Translations under genes and position numbers: made by a program
Source of the DNA: Betaproteobacteria bacterium RBG_16_66_20
GTDB taxonomy: Bacteria > Pseudomonadota > Gammaproteobacteria > Burkholderiales > SG8-39
NCBI GenBank assembly: GCA_001770285.1
Contig: MEQQ01000084.1
Span: 1-53,914 of the forward strand
DNA: 53,914 nt
Direction: 5' to 3'
The notes under the pieces: model-generated
What the model saw: only the letters and a program-made list of their open reading frames with translations
Told to the model about the DNA's origin: nothing
Databases searched by the model: none
Shown here: one piece after another, positions 44,481-53,174 of the stretch
Layout: each line of letters starts with the position of its first letter
Numbering within the stretch: position 1 is the first letter of the stretch

Positions 44481-44668
44481 CCCGGATTCCAATACAGGCC
44501 GCCAGCGCGCAACCGAAGGGGCGCGCCGGGGTCGCTTGAGAGAACCTCCAAGTGGTGCATCGTCTGGCAATGCTGGCACAGGACCGTCGAATTTCTTGCC
44601 TGAATTTGTGCCAACGAATAATCGGAGTCCTTGCAGCAATTGGGATTCTGGCAACGGAAGGTTTCCAT
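44477..44668 (-). CDS. Hypothetical small zinc-ribbon-like protein
   Basis: The internal ATG at 44668 gives METFRCQNPNCCKDS...VLCQHCQTMHHL... (63 aa), with CxxxxC(C) and CxxC pairs. There is no family recognition, and its stop overlaps the convergent gene's stop within CTAG. Confidence 0.4.
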   Translation of the reverse strand: METFRCQNPNCCKDSDYSLAQIQARNSTVLCQHCQTMHHLEVLSSDPGAPLRLRAGGLYWNPG

Positions 44669-44742
44669 GGAATCTCCGCGAAACGCACCAGCATTCTGCG
44701 CCGCCTGCTGCAGCAGATCAAGACGAGGCACTACCACCAGGT

Positions 44743-45078
44743 CTACGACCTGGCTCGGACCGCCTTCTCGTATGCATCGTTGATCCGCCGCGTCAGGCGG
44801 ACGGCGGTGTCGCGGAACTCCGGGCCCATGCCGGCGACGCGGTCGGGGTGGTACTGGGCGCTCTTTTCCCCGTAGGCCTTGCGGATCTGCTCGAGGGTGG
44901 CGTCGGGCGCGACGCCGAGGACTTCGTGCCAGGGCGCAGTGTCGTTGATTGCGGAGGGCCCGGGTAACGTTGCGGCCGGGGGCACAGCGTCGCCTTTCTT
45001 TTTCGGCCAGAAGAAGTCCACGACCCAGTAGCCGATCAGGAAAAACACCACCACCGCGAGCAGTTCAAGTCCCTCCAT
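44743..45078 (-). CDS. Membrane-anchored J-domain (DnaJ-like) protein
   Basis: An N-terminal TM helix (LLAVVVFFLIGYWVVDFFW) is followed by WHEVLGVAPDATLEQIRKAYGEKSAQYHPDRV, a J-domain with the HPD motif. Confidence 0.75.
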   Translation of the reverse strand: MEGLELLAVVVFFLIGYWVVDFFWPKKKGDAVPPAATLPGPSAINDTAPWHEVLGVAPDATLEQIRKAYGEKSAQYHPDRVAGMGPEFRDTAVRLTRRINDAYEKAVRARS

Positions 45079-45793
45079 GGCCCGTCTCCAGCGTCAGTTG
45101 CCGCCTGAGCTCGGCGAGGCGGCGGTGACGCTCGTCGCCCTCGTCCGTTTCGTCCAGCGCTTCGGTGATCTGCGCCGCGAGGTCGTTGCGCGCACGCGGC
45201 TTTTCGCCTGCCGGCAGCAGCCGGATCGCCTGCGGTGCGTCCATTGCAATATTGAAGGCGAGCCCGGCCTTGCGCAGACAGTTCACCGACAGCGGCAGGC
45301 ACACGAGCCACGCGAATCCGAGTCCGATGAGCGGGCGCGTCGCAATGCCTGCGCCGCGAAGGCGCCACCAGATGAGGCCGAGCATCGCGATCGCGTTCAG
45401 GTAGGCAAGCGCGAGTGAAACAACAAACGGCCAGCCGGGGGCGCGGTAGAGGCAGTACGGAAGCACGACGAAGATGAGCAGAAATTGAAGCAGGACCGGT
45501 GCTGATGCGGGCGCCACGGCGCGCGCGGCTTTGGAAATTCGCGCATTCGAGGCACCAGGACCGGAGAACAACGGCAACGTCCGGAACACCGGGATGAACG
45601 GCGTGAATGGATTGAGCAGCGCGACCGCCCTGCCGCCGATCTGGTAGTGCGTCGAGCCGAAGGCGAGCGCCATGCGGGGGAAAATCGGCGGCCACGGCGC
45701 CTCGAGCAGCGCCTGCCCGCGCCCGAGGAGCACCATGCAATCCACGAGATGCAGCGCTGCGGCAACCGCGATCACGGTTGCCTCGGAGATCAC
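45065..45793 (-). CDS. Hypothetical polytopic membrane protein
   Basis: The 242-aa product has several hydrophobic helices and an acidic/basic C-terminal tail. It overlaps both neighbours (4 nt and 14 nt), which suggests a single operon. Confidence 0.6.
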   Translation of the reverse strand: MISEATVIAVAAALHLVDCMVLLGRGQALLEAPWPPIFPRMALAFGSTHYQIGGRAVALLNPFTPFIPVFRTLPLFSGPGASNARISKAARAVAPASAPVLLQFLLIFVVLPYCLYRAPGWPFVVSLALAYLNAIAMLGLIWWRLRGAGIATRPLIGLGFAWLVCLPLSVNCLRKAGLAFNIAMDAPQAIRLLPAGEKPRARNDLAAQITEALDETDEGDERHRRLAELRRQLTLETGHGGT

Positions 45794-46665
45794 TGCTGCC
45801 CGGGGCCAGGCGGTGGCCCGGGTGTCCCCTCACGCCTGCGGCCAAAGAACCTCTTCAACAGCGCCCACCCGCCCATCAGTGCGCCGCCGATGATGACCCA
45901 GAGGAACTTGCCGAGCGACTTGAACAGGCCGGCCTTCGCCGCGGCCGCGGCGGCGCCGCCCACGACCAGTGCGGCCAGGCCGTACTCGGCGATCTTGTCG
46001 CCCGATTTGAATTCGGCGTATTTCTCTCCCGCGATGAATTGGTAACCGCCCAGAGCGCTGTTGAATGCTTGCATATCTTGATTGAGCGTCTGGGGCGATG
46101 AGACCAGCACCGCGCTCATGACGCCGCTCCTGCCCAAGAGGCGGCTGGTGTAGTTGACGTGCCTTGCGCCGCTGTCGTCGCGCAGCCGCATGCCCCATTC
46201 CAGCCGTTTCGTTCCCGAGTCGTAGTGCGGCGGCACGTGCCAGCCGTCGGTATAGATCGGCGCCATGCCGAGGCGCTTGCGCTCCTCGTTGCCGGGCCCG
46301 TCGCCCTTCTTGAGCGATTCGAGCAGCTCATCGGCGTCGATCTTCTCGTCGTCCTTGACGTAGCCGACCGGGTCGAACGAGAACACCGCGAACCAGTCGA
46401 GCGTGGCAGGCGCGATCAGGTAATGGCCGTCGCGCGGCGGATTGCCCATCAGCTCGAGGAAGCGCCGCGTATTGCGCTCGTCGAGGAAGGCGTGGCCGTC
46501 CGGGATCCGGATTTTCGCCTTGGCTCCGATCGCGCCCTCGCCCGGAGCGCGCTGCCAGGCGAGCTTCTGCAGCTCCTGGATGATCTGCTCGGGATCGCGC
46601 TGTGCCTGTGCCGTGAAGGCAAGAACCAAGAGAAAGATCCCCAACAAGAAACGCGCTATCGGCAA
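45790..46665 (-). CDS. DUF2167-family membrane-anchored protein
   Basis: It has a signal peptide (LLVLAFTAQAQ) and a C-terminal Ala/Gly-rich TM pair (LAALVVGGAAAAAAKAGLFK...WVIIGGALMGGWALL). The central region is as I recall for DUF2167. Confidence 0.7.
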   Translation of the reverse strand: MPIARFLLGIFLLVLAFTAQAQRDPEQIIQELQKLAWQRAPGEGAIGAKAKIRIPDGHAFLDERNTRRFLELMGNPPRDGHYLIAPATLDWFAVFSFDPVGYVKDDEKIDADELLESLKKGDGPGNEERKRLGMAPIYTDGWHVPPHYDSGTKRLEWGMRLRDDSGARHVNYTSRLLGRSGVMSAVLVSSPQTLNQDMQAFNSALGGYQFIAGEKYAEFKSGDKIAEYGLAALVVGGAAAAAAKAGLFKSLGKFLWVIIGGALMGGWALLKRFFGRRREGTPGPPPGPGQQ

Positions 46666-46676
46666 GGCCCTGGTCC

Positions 46677-48026
46677 TCAGCGCATGCCCGGAAGCATGCC
46701 CTTCATGTTGCGCATCATGCGCTGGAGATTGCCGCCCTTCATCATTTTCATCATCTGCTGCATCTGCTCGAACTGCTTCAACAGGCGATTCACTTCCTGC
46801 ACCGGCACGCCCGCGCCGGCGGCGATGCGGCGCTTGCGCGACGCCTTGATGAGGTCGGGGTCGGCGCGCTCCCTGCGGGTCATCGAATTGATGATGCCTT
46901 CGATGCGCGCGAACTTGTTCGCGTCCTGCAGCTGCGCCGGGTTGATCTGGCTTGCGAGCTGCGCCGGCAGCTTGTCCATGAGCGATGCGATGCCGCCCAT
47001 CTTGCTCATCTGCTGCAGCTGCTGCTTGAAATCCTCCAGGTCGAAGCCCTTGCCCTTGCGCACCTTGTCCGCGAGCTTCTGCGCCTGCTCGACATCGACC
47101 TGCTTGTGCGCCTCCTCGACCAGCGACAGGATGTCGCCCATGCCGAGGATGCGCGAAGCCATGCGCTCGGGATGGAACGGCTCCAGGCCCGCGAGCTTCT
47201 CGCCGGTGCCGGCGAACTTGATCGGCTTGCCGGTGACGTGCCGCACGGAAAGGGCGGCGCCGCCGCGTGAATCGCCGTCGAGTTTGGTGAGCACGACGCC
47301 GGTGAGCGGCAGCCTCTCGCCGAACGCACGCGCGACATTCACCGCGTCCTGGCCCTGCATTGCGTCCACCACGAACAGCGTTTCCACCGGATCGAGCCCC
47401 GCGTGCAGTGCGGCGATCTCCTGCATCATCGGCTCGTCGATCGCGAGCCGGCCGGCACTGTCGACGATCACCACGTCGCAGTAATGGGTGCGGGCGTATT
47501 CGAGCGCCCCTTTGCCTATCTGCAGGGGCTTTTCGTCCGGATGCGAGGGAAAGAATTCCACGCCCGCCTGCGCGGCAACCGTCTTCAGCTGCTCGATCGC
47601 GGCCGGGCGGTAAATGTCGCAGGAAACGACGAGCACTTTCTTTTTCTGGCCCTTGAGAAACAGCGCGAGCTTGCCCACCGTGGTGGTCTTGCCCGAGCCC
47701 TGCAGGCCGGCCATCAGGATCACCGCGGGCGGCGCCACCGCGAGGTCGAGACCCACGTTCGCCTCGCCCATGAGCTGCGCCAGCTCGCGGTGCACCACGC
47801 CCACCAGCGCCTGCCCCGGCGTCAGGCTGCCGATCACCTCCTGGCCGAGCGCCTTGGCGCGCACCGCATCGATGAAATGTTTCACCACCGGCAGCGCGAC
47901 GTCGGCCTCGAGCAATGCGATGCGCACTTCGCGCAGCGCGTCCTGCACGTTGGCTTCGGTGAGGCGCGCCTCGCCGCGGATCGTCTTGACGATCCTGGCG
48001 AGGCGCGAAGTCAGGCTATCGAGCAT
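46677..48026 (-). CDS. ffh: Signal recognition particle protein
   Basis: The start is moved to the ATG at 48026. The product reads MLDSLTSRLARIVKTIRGEARLTEANV...MAGLQGSGKTTTVGKLA...DTAGRL-type...M-rich C-terminal domain (FEQMQQMMKMMKGG) and is 449 aa. Confidence 0.95.
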   Translation of the reverse strand: MLDSLTSRLARIVKTIRGEARLTEANVQDALREVRIALLEADVALPVVKHFIDAVRAKALGQEVIGSLTPGQALVGVVHRELAQLMGEANVGLDLAVAPPAVILMAGLQGSGKTTTVGKLALFLKGQKKKVLVVSCDIYRPAAIEQLKTVAAQAGVEFFPSHPDEKPLQIGKGALEYARTHYCDVVIVDSAGRLAIDEPMMQEIAALHAGLDPVETLFVVDAMQGQDAVNVARAFGERLPLTGVVLTKLDGDSRGGAALSVRHVTGKPIKFAGTGEKLAGLEPFHPERMASRILGMGDILSLVEEAHKQVDVEQAQKLADKVRKGKGFDLEDFKQQLQQMSKMGGIASLMDKLPAQLASQINPAQLQDANKFARIEGIINSMTRRERADPDLIKASRKRRIAAGAGVPVQEVNRLLKQFEQMQQMMKMMKGGNLQRMMRNMKGMLPGMR

Positions 48027-48071
48027 GGATATGCGGCATGGAAGGCTTGGCGCGGGTGATAAACTGAATCT

Positions 48072-48917
48072 GTGCCCGACATTGTAATTCACGTCGTCGC
48101 GAGCGCCCTGTACGCCGTACTCGCATTGCACTTCTGGAACACGCGCTGGCGCGCGCGACCCGCCGCGTCCGCAGCCGCCTCTTCGGCTCCCGCCGCGGCC
48201 GGCCTGCAGGCCTGGGAGCGGGCCGCGATCCTCGTGCCGCTCGCCGCGCACGGCGCGCTGCTCTACTCGGAAATGTTCGCCAAGAGCGAACTTCGCTTCG
48301 GCTTCGCCTACGCGCTCTCGGCGATGCTGTGGCTGACGGTGCTGTTCTACTGGCTGGAGAGCTTCCTCTACGACCTGGATGCGATGCAGCCGCCGGCGCT
48401 CGCCCTCGCCGCCTTCGCCGTGCCTCTGCCGGTGCTGTTTCCAGGCCGCCTGGGCGCCGCTTACGCCGGCTCGTTCGAGTTCCGGCTGCACCTGCTGCTC
48501 GCGATGCTCGCCTACAGCCTTTTCACCATTGCGCTGCTGCATGCGCTCCTGATGGCGGCGGTCGAACGTCGGCTGCACCGCAAGGAGGGCGCCGCGCTCG
48601 GCGCGCTGCCGCCGCTGCTGACTCTGGAGCGCCTGCTGTTCCGCCTCATCGGTGCCGCCTTCGTGCTGCTGACGGTGACACTCGCCACCGGCTTCGCGTT
48701 CTCCGAGACCCTGTTCGGCCGCGCCATGCGCTTCGACCACAAGACGGTGTTCGGGGTGCTGTCCTGGCTCACCTTCGGGCTCCTGCTCGCCGGGCGCCAG
48801 CTCTACGGCTGGCGCGGCCGCACCGCATTGCGCTGGACCCTGAGCGGCTTCGTGCTGCTGTTCCTGGCGTACATCGGCAGCCGCTTCGTGCTCGAAGTCG
48901 TCCTCGGCCGCGGCTGA
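48072..48917 (+). CDS. ypjD: Cytochrome c assembly (CcsA/YpjD) family inner membrane protein
   Basis: The 281-aa polytopic product starts with GTG. It is divergent from ffh, which is the conserved arrangement. Confidence 0.8.
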   Translation: MPDIVIHVVASALYAVLALHFWNTRWRARPAASAAASSAPAAAGLQAWERAAILVPLAAHGALLYSEMFAKSELRFGFAYALSAMLWLTVLFYWLESFLYDLDAMQPPALALAAFAVPLPVLFPGRLGAAYAGSFEFRLHLLLAMLAYSLFTIALLHALLMAAVERRLHRKEGAALGALPPLLTLERLLFRLIGAAFVLLTVTLATGFAFSETLFGRAMRFDHKTVFGVLSWLTFGLLLAGRQLYGWRGRTALRWTLSGFVLLFLAYIGSRFVLEVVLGRG

Positions 48918-48959
48918 GCCGCGCCCTCAAGTCTCTGCCGGAAAAGGCAAGGTGAGTCC

Positions 48960-50273
48960 ATGGAAATCCTACTGCTGTTCTGCCTGATCCTGATCAACGG
49001 CATGTTTGCCATGTCCGAGGTCGCGCTGCTCACCGTGCGCCGGCCCCGGCTGGCGGCGCTCGCCAAGCACGGCGACCGCCTCGCCGCCGCCGCGGTCAGG
49101 CTGGCCGAGGAACCGACGCGGTTTCTGTCCACGGTGCAGATCGGCATTACCTCGATCGGCCTGCTCTCGGGCATCGTCGGCGAAGCCGTGTTCGCGGCGC
49201 CCCTCGCCGCCTGGCTGCAGACGCTCGGCCTCGAGTACAAGACCAGCGGCATCGTGGCGACCGCGGTCGTCGTGATCGTCGTGACCTACTTCTCGATCAT
49301 TCTCGGCGAGCTGGTTCCCAAGCGCCTCGGCCAGCACAACGCGGAAGGCATCGCGCGGCTGGTGGCATGGCCGATGCGGGTGCTCGCGATCGCGTCCGCG
49401 CCGTTCGTCCACCTGCTGTCCGCATCCACCGACGCGTTGCTGAAGCCCCTGCTCAAGCTGCTCGGAATCGGCGGCGGCGATGCGGGCCAGGAACCGCTCT
49501 CGCCCGAGGAACTGCGCACCATCGTGCTGGAGTCCTCCAAGGTCCTGCCGAAAAAGCACGTTTCGATCCTGCTCAACCTGTTCGACCTGGGCGAACTGAC
49601 GGTTCGGGACGTCATGCTGCCGCGCACGCGCATCGAATCGATCATGCTGGAGGTGCCGCCCGAGGATCTGGTGCGCCAGATTTCGACCGCCTACCACATG
49701 CGGCTGCCGGTCTTCAGCAACCACGAGGGCGAGCTGCTCGGCGTGCTGCACCTGCGCAAGGCCCTGGGCCTGCTCGCCGCCGGCGCGCTCGACCGGCAGG
49801 GGATCGAGGAACTGGTCACCGAGGCCTACTTCATCCCCGCTTCGACGCCGGCGCTCGCACAGCTGCAGTTCTTCCAGGAGCGCAAGGAGCACATCGCGCT
49901 GGTCGTGGACGAGTACGGGGAATTGATGGGCCTGGTCACGCTCGAGGACATCATCGAGGAGATCATCGGCAAGTTCACCACCTCGCTACCCTCGGCCGCC
50001 CCCGCGCTGTCCTGGGACGAGGACGGCGCCGCAACGACCGACGGCGCGACCGCGGTACGCGAGGTGAATCGGGCCCTCGGCCTCGCGCTGCCGACCGACG
50101 GGCCGAAAACCCTCAACGGCCTGATTCTCGAGCACCTGCAGGACATCCCGGAGGCGAACGTCTCGCTCAAGATCGCCGGGGTGCCGGTCGAAATCGTCAG
50201 CGCCCAGGGCCGGGCGGTGAAGACGGTACGCCTGTTCAAGCCGCCCGCGCCGCCCCCGGAAAATCCGGACTGA
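48960..50273 (+). CDS. HlyC/CorC family transporter (DUF21-CBS pair-CorC_HlyC)
   Basis: LINGMFAMSEVALLT...TVQIGITSIG is the DUF21 part. CBS-pair and a C-terminal transporter-associated domain patterns follow. Confidence 0.85.
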   Translation: MEILLLFCLILINGMFAMSEVALLTVRRPRLAALAKHGDRLAAAAVRLAEEPTRFLSTVQIGITSIGLLSGIVGEAVFAAPLAAWLQTLGLEYKTSGIVATAVVVIVVTYFSIILGELVPKRLGQHNAEGIARLVAWPMRVLAIASAPFVHLLSASTDALLKPLLKLLGIGGGDAGQEPLSPEELRTIVLESSKVLPKKHVSILLNLFDLGELTVRDVMLPRTRIESIMLEVPPEDLVRQISTAYHMRLPVFSNHEGELLGVLHLRKALGLLAAGALDRQGIEELVTEAYFIPASTPALAQLQFFQERKEHIALVVDEYGELMGLVTLEDIIEEIIGKFTTSLPSAAPALSWDEDGAATTDGATAVREVNRALGLALPTDGPKTLNGLILEHLQDIPEANVSLKIAGVPVEIVSAQGRAVKTVRLFKPPAPPPENPD

Positions 50274-50305
50274 CCGTTCCATCTTAATGTGACTTTTCTT
50301 CCTAT

Positions 50306-50347
50306 TTGGCCAAGGCCTTGACTCGGCGCTAGAATCTTGCATAGAAG
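50306..50347 (+). promoter_or_regulatory. Candidate sigma70 promoter upstream of pilC
   Basis: One reading is TTGGCC (50306-50311), an 18-nt spacer, then TAGAAT (50330-50335). An alternative is TTGACT (50318-50323), an 18-nt spacer, then TAGAAG. This is a pattern match only. Confidence 0.25.
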
Positions 50348-50393
50348 GAACATGCGCGGCAGATCGCGCGGAACATCCGACGGGGAATAGGTC

Positions 50394-51617
50394 ATGGCGA
50401 CTGCAGCGGCTGCAAAGGGCGGACCCAAGGAATTCACCTTTTCCTGGGAAGGCAAGGACAAGGCCGGCAAGACCGTGCGCGGCGAGATGCGCGCCGCGGG
50501 CGAGAACATGGTCCAGGCCACGCTGCGCCGCCAGGGCGTCATCGTCTCCAAGGTCAAGAAGCAGAAGATGGGCGGCGGCGGCTCGGTCACCGAGAAGGAT
50601 GTCGCCCTGTTCACGCGCCAGATGGCGACCATGATGAAGGCCGGCGTACCGCTGCTGCAGGCCTTCGACATCGTCAGCAAGGGGGCCAGCAACCCCGCGG
50701 TGGGAAGGCTGCTGATCGAGATCAAGACCGAGGTCGAGACCGGCTCGTCCCTCGCGCAGGCATTCCGCAAGTACCCGCTGCATTTCGACGCGCTTTACTG
50801 CAACCTGGTGGGCGCGGGCGAGGCCGCCGGTATTCTGGAAGCCTTGCTCGACCGGCTCGCGATCTACAAGGAAAAGACGCTCGCCATCAAATCGAAGATC
50901 AAGTCGGCGCTGTTCTACCCGGTTTCGATCGTGGTGGTGGCAATCATCATCACCGCGGTGATCATGATTTTCGTGATCCCTGCGTTCAAGAGCGTGTTCG
51001 CGAGCTTCGGCGCCGACCTGCCGACGCCCACGCTCGTCATCATGGGCATATCGGACTGGACCGTCGCCAACTGGTACATCCTGTTTCCAGCCATGGCCGG
51101 CGCGGTATACGGCTTCATGGAAGCCTGGAAGCGTTCGCTCGCGGTCCAGATCTTCATGGACCGGTTGAGCCTCAAGATGCCGGTCTTCGGCGCCCTGCTC
51201 ACCAAGGCCGCGATCGCGCGCTGGACGCGGACGCTCTCCACGATGTTCGCCGCGGGCGTGCCGCTGGTCGAGGCGCTTGACTCGGTGGGCGGCGCCTCGG
51301 GCAATTATGTCTACCTGCAGGCGACGCTCAAGATCAAGCAGGAGGTCTCGACCGGGACCTCGCTCACCGTGGCGATGCAGAACGCGAACGTGTTTCCGTC
51401 AATGGTGCTCCAGATGTGCATGATCGGCGAGGAAACCGGCGCGCTCGACGCGATGCTCGGCAAGGTCGCGGACTTCTACGAGGCCGAAGTGGACGACGCG
51501 GTCGAGGCCCTGTCCTCGCTGATGGAGCCGATCATCATGGTGGTGCTCGGCACGTTGATCGGCGGCATGGTGGTCGCGATGTACCTGCCGATCTTCAAGC
51601 TCGGCGGCGCCGTCTAG
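50394..51617 (+). CDS. pilC: Type IV pilus assembly platform protein PilC (GspF family)
   Basis: The 407-aa product has the duplicated GspF domain (...FTRQMATMMKAGVPLLQAF... and ...WTRTLSTMFAAGVPLVEAL...). Confidence 0.9.
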   Translation: MATAAAAKGGPKEFTFSWEGKDKAGKTVRGEMRAAGENMVQATLRRQGVIVSKVKKQKMGGGGSVTEKDVALFTRQMATMMKAGVPLLQAFDIVSKGASNPAVGRLLIEIKTEVETGSSLAQAFRKYPLHFDALYCNLVGAGEAAGILEALLDRLAIYKEKTLAIKSKIKSALFYPVSIVVVAIIITAVIMIFVIPAFKSVFASFGADLPTPTLVIMGISDWTVANWYILFPAMAGAVYGFMEAWKRSLAVQIFMDRLSLKMPVFGALLTKAAIARWTRTLSTMFAAGVPLVEALDSVGGASGNYVYLQATLKIKQEVSTGTSLTVAMQNANVFPSMVLQMCMIGEETGALDAMLGKVADFYEAEVDDAVEALSSLMEPIIMVVLGTLIGGMVVAMYLPIFKLGGAV

Positions 51618-51626
51618 GGACCGCTG

Positions 51627-52487
51627 ATGGCGGAACTGGGCTGGCTCATCCAGCCCGCAGTCTTTCCCTGGGCCGCCCTGGCCGCGGGCCTTTGCATCGG
51701 CTCGTTCCTGAACGTGGTGATCCATCGCCTGCCGAAGATGATGGAGCGCGCGTGGCGTGCCGATTGCGCCGAACTCGCCGGGCAGCCGCCGCCAAAGGAA
51801 CAGCCCTACAACCTGGTCGTGCCGCGCTCCAGCTGCCCGGGCTGCGGGCGACGCATCGCCGCGATCGAGAACGTGCCGATAGCCAGCTGGCTCGCGCTGC
51901 GCGGCAAGTGCGCCGGCTGCGGCGCCCGCATCAGCTTGCGCTACCCGATGGTCGAACTGCTCGCAGGCTGCGGCGCCGCCTGGTCGGCGTGGCATTTCGG
52001 CTTCAGTGCCGCGGCGTTCGGCGGGATGCTCTTCATCTGGTGCACGATCGCGCTCGCCTTCATCGATCATGCGACCGGCTACCTGCCCGACGACATCACG
52101 CTGCCGCTGCTGTGGGCGGGGCTGCTGCTGAATGCATTCGGCACCTTCGTGCCGCTGTCCGACGCCGTCATCGGCGCCGCCGGCGGCTATCTTTCGCTCT
52201 GGCTCATCTACTGGGCCTACCGGCTGGCCACCGGCAAGGAGGGCATGGGCTTCGGCGATTTCAAGATGAACGCGGCGATCGGCGCTTTTTTCGGCTGGAA
52301 GCTGCTGCCGCTGGTGATCCTGGTCTCCTCCGTCGTCGGCCTCGCGTTCGGGGTAATGCAGATGATCGCCGCCCGGCGCGGCTGGGACGCCGCGTTCCGA
52401 TTCCATTTCGGCCCCTACCTCGCGATCGCCGCCATCGTGGCGATGTTCTGGGGCGACCGGATCCTGCACTGGTACCTCGCCAGGTGA
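51627..52487 (+). CDS. pilD: Prepilin peptidase / N-methyltransferase (A24 family)
   Basis: GSFLNVVIHRLP...SSCPGCGRRI...GKCAGCGARISLRYP...GMGFGDFKM. Confidence 0.9.
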   Translation: MAELGWLIQPAVFPWAALAAGLCIGSFLNVVIHRLPKMMERAWRADCAELAGQPPPKEQPYNLVVPRSSCPGCGRRIAAIENVPIASWLALRGKCAGCGARISLRYPMVELLAGCGAAWSAWHFGFSAAAFGGMLFIWCTIALAFIDHATGYLPDDITLPLLWAGLLLNAFGTFVPLSDAVIGAAGGYLSLWLIYWAYRLATGKEGMGFGDFKMNAAIGAFFGWKLLPLVILVSSVVGLAFGVMQMIAARRGWDAAFRFHFGPYLAIAAIVAMFWGDRILHWYLAR

Positions 52488-52497
52488 GCGCTGCAGG

Positions 52498-53100
52498 ATG
52501 AGCCTGGTTGTCGGCCTGACCGGAGGTATCGGCAGCGGCAAGAGCGCGGCCGCCGAAGAATTCGCGCGTCTCGGCGCGACGGTGGTGGACACCGACGCCA
52601 TCGCACACGAACTGACCGGCGCGGGCGGCGCCGCGATTCGGGAGGTACAGCGGCTTTTCGGCAGCGCATTCGTGGATTCGTCGGGCGCGATGGACCGCGA
52701 ACGCATGCGCGGCCTGGTGTTCTGCGATGCGGAGCAAAAGGCGCGCCTGGAATCGCTGCTGCACCCGATGATCCGCGCCGAATCGGAGCGGCGCATAGCG
52801 TCGGCCAGCGGGCCGTACGTGGTGCTCGTAGTGCCGCTGCTGGTCGAATCGTCCGACTACCGCGCCCGGCTCGGCCGCGTTCTGGTGGTGGACTGCCCGG
52901 AGGCGCTCCAGATAAGCCGGGTGCGGCAGCGCAGCGGGCTGCCTGAAGGGGAGATCCGGCGCATCATAGCTTCCCAGATACAGAGGGAAACAAGGCTCGC
53001 GGCGGCAGACGATGTGATCGACAATTCAGCCTCCATTGCGGCACTGCAGCAACAGGTACGGAAACTCCACGAAATTTACCTGCGGCTCGCCAATGCCTAG
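52498..53100 (+). CDS. coaE: Dephospho-CoA kinase
   Basis: VVGLTGGIGSGKSAAA...VDTDAIAHEL...VVPLLVES. Confidence 0.9.
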   Translation: MSLVVGLTGGIGSGKSAAAEEFARLGATVVDTDAIAHELTGAGGAAIREVQRLFGSAFVDSSGAMDRERMRGLVFCDAEQKARLESLLHPMIRAESERRIASASGPYVVLVVPLLVESSDYRARLGRVLVVDCPEALQISRVRQRSGLPEGEIRRIIASQIQRETRLAAADDVIDNSASIAALQQQVRKLHEIYLRLANA

Positions 53101-53174
53101 AAGTCAATTTGTGTTGAGCGGCTAAATCACTCAGAATTCTGGCATTTTCGCCCTTCGGCGAGGCTCGCCTGGCC

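Noticed and set aside
44536-44967. Plus-strand ORFs 44536..44967 and 44552..44875 as alternative coding for the 44.5-44.9 kb region
   Set aside because: They run antisense to the J-domain gene, which has a clear HPD J-domain, and they have no motifs of their own.
46677-48740. 687-aa version of the ffh ORF
   Set aside because: The N-terminal 238 codons are antisense to ypjD and unlike SRP54. Canonical Ffh begins at MLDSLTSRL (ATG at 48026).
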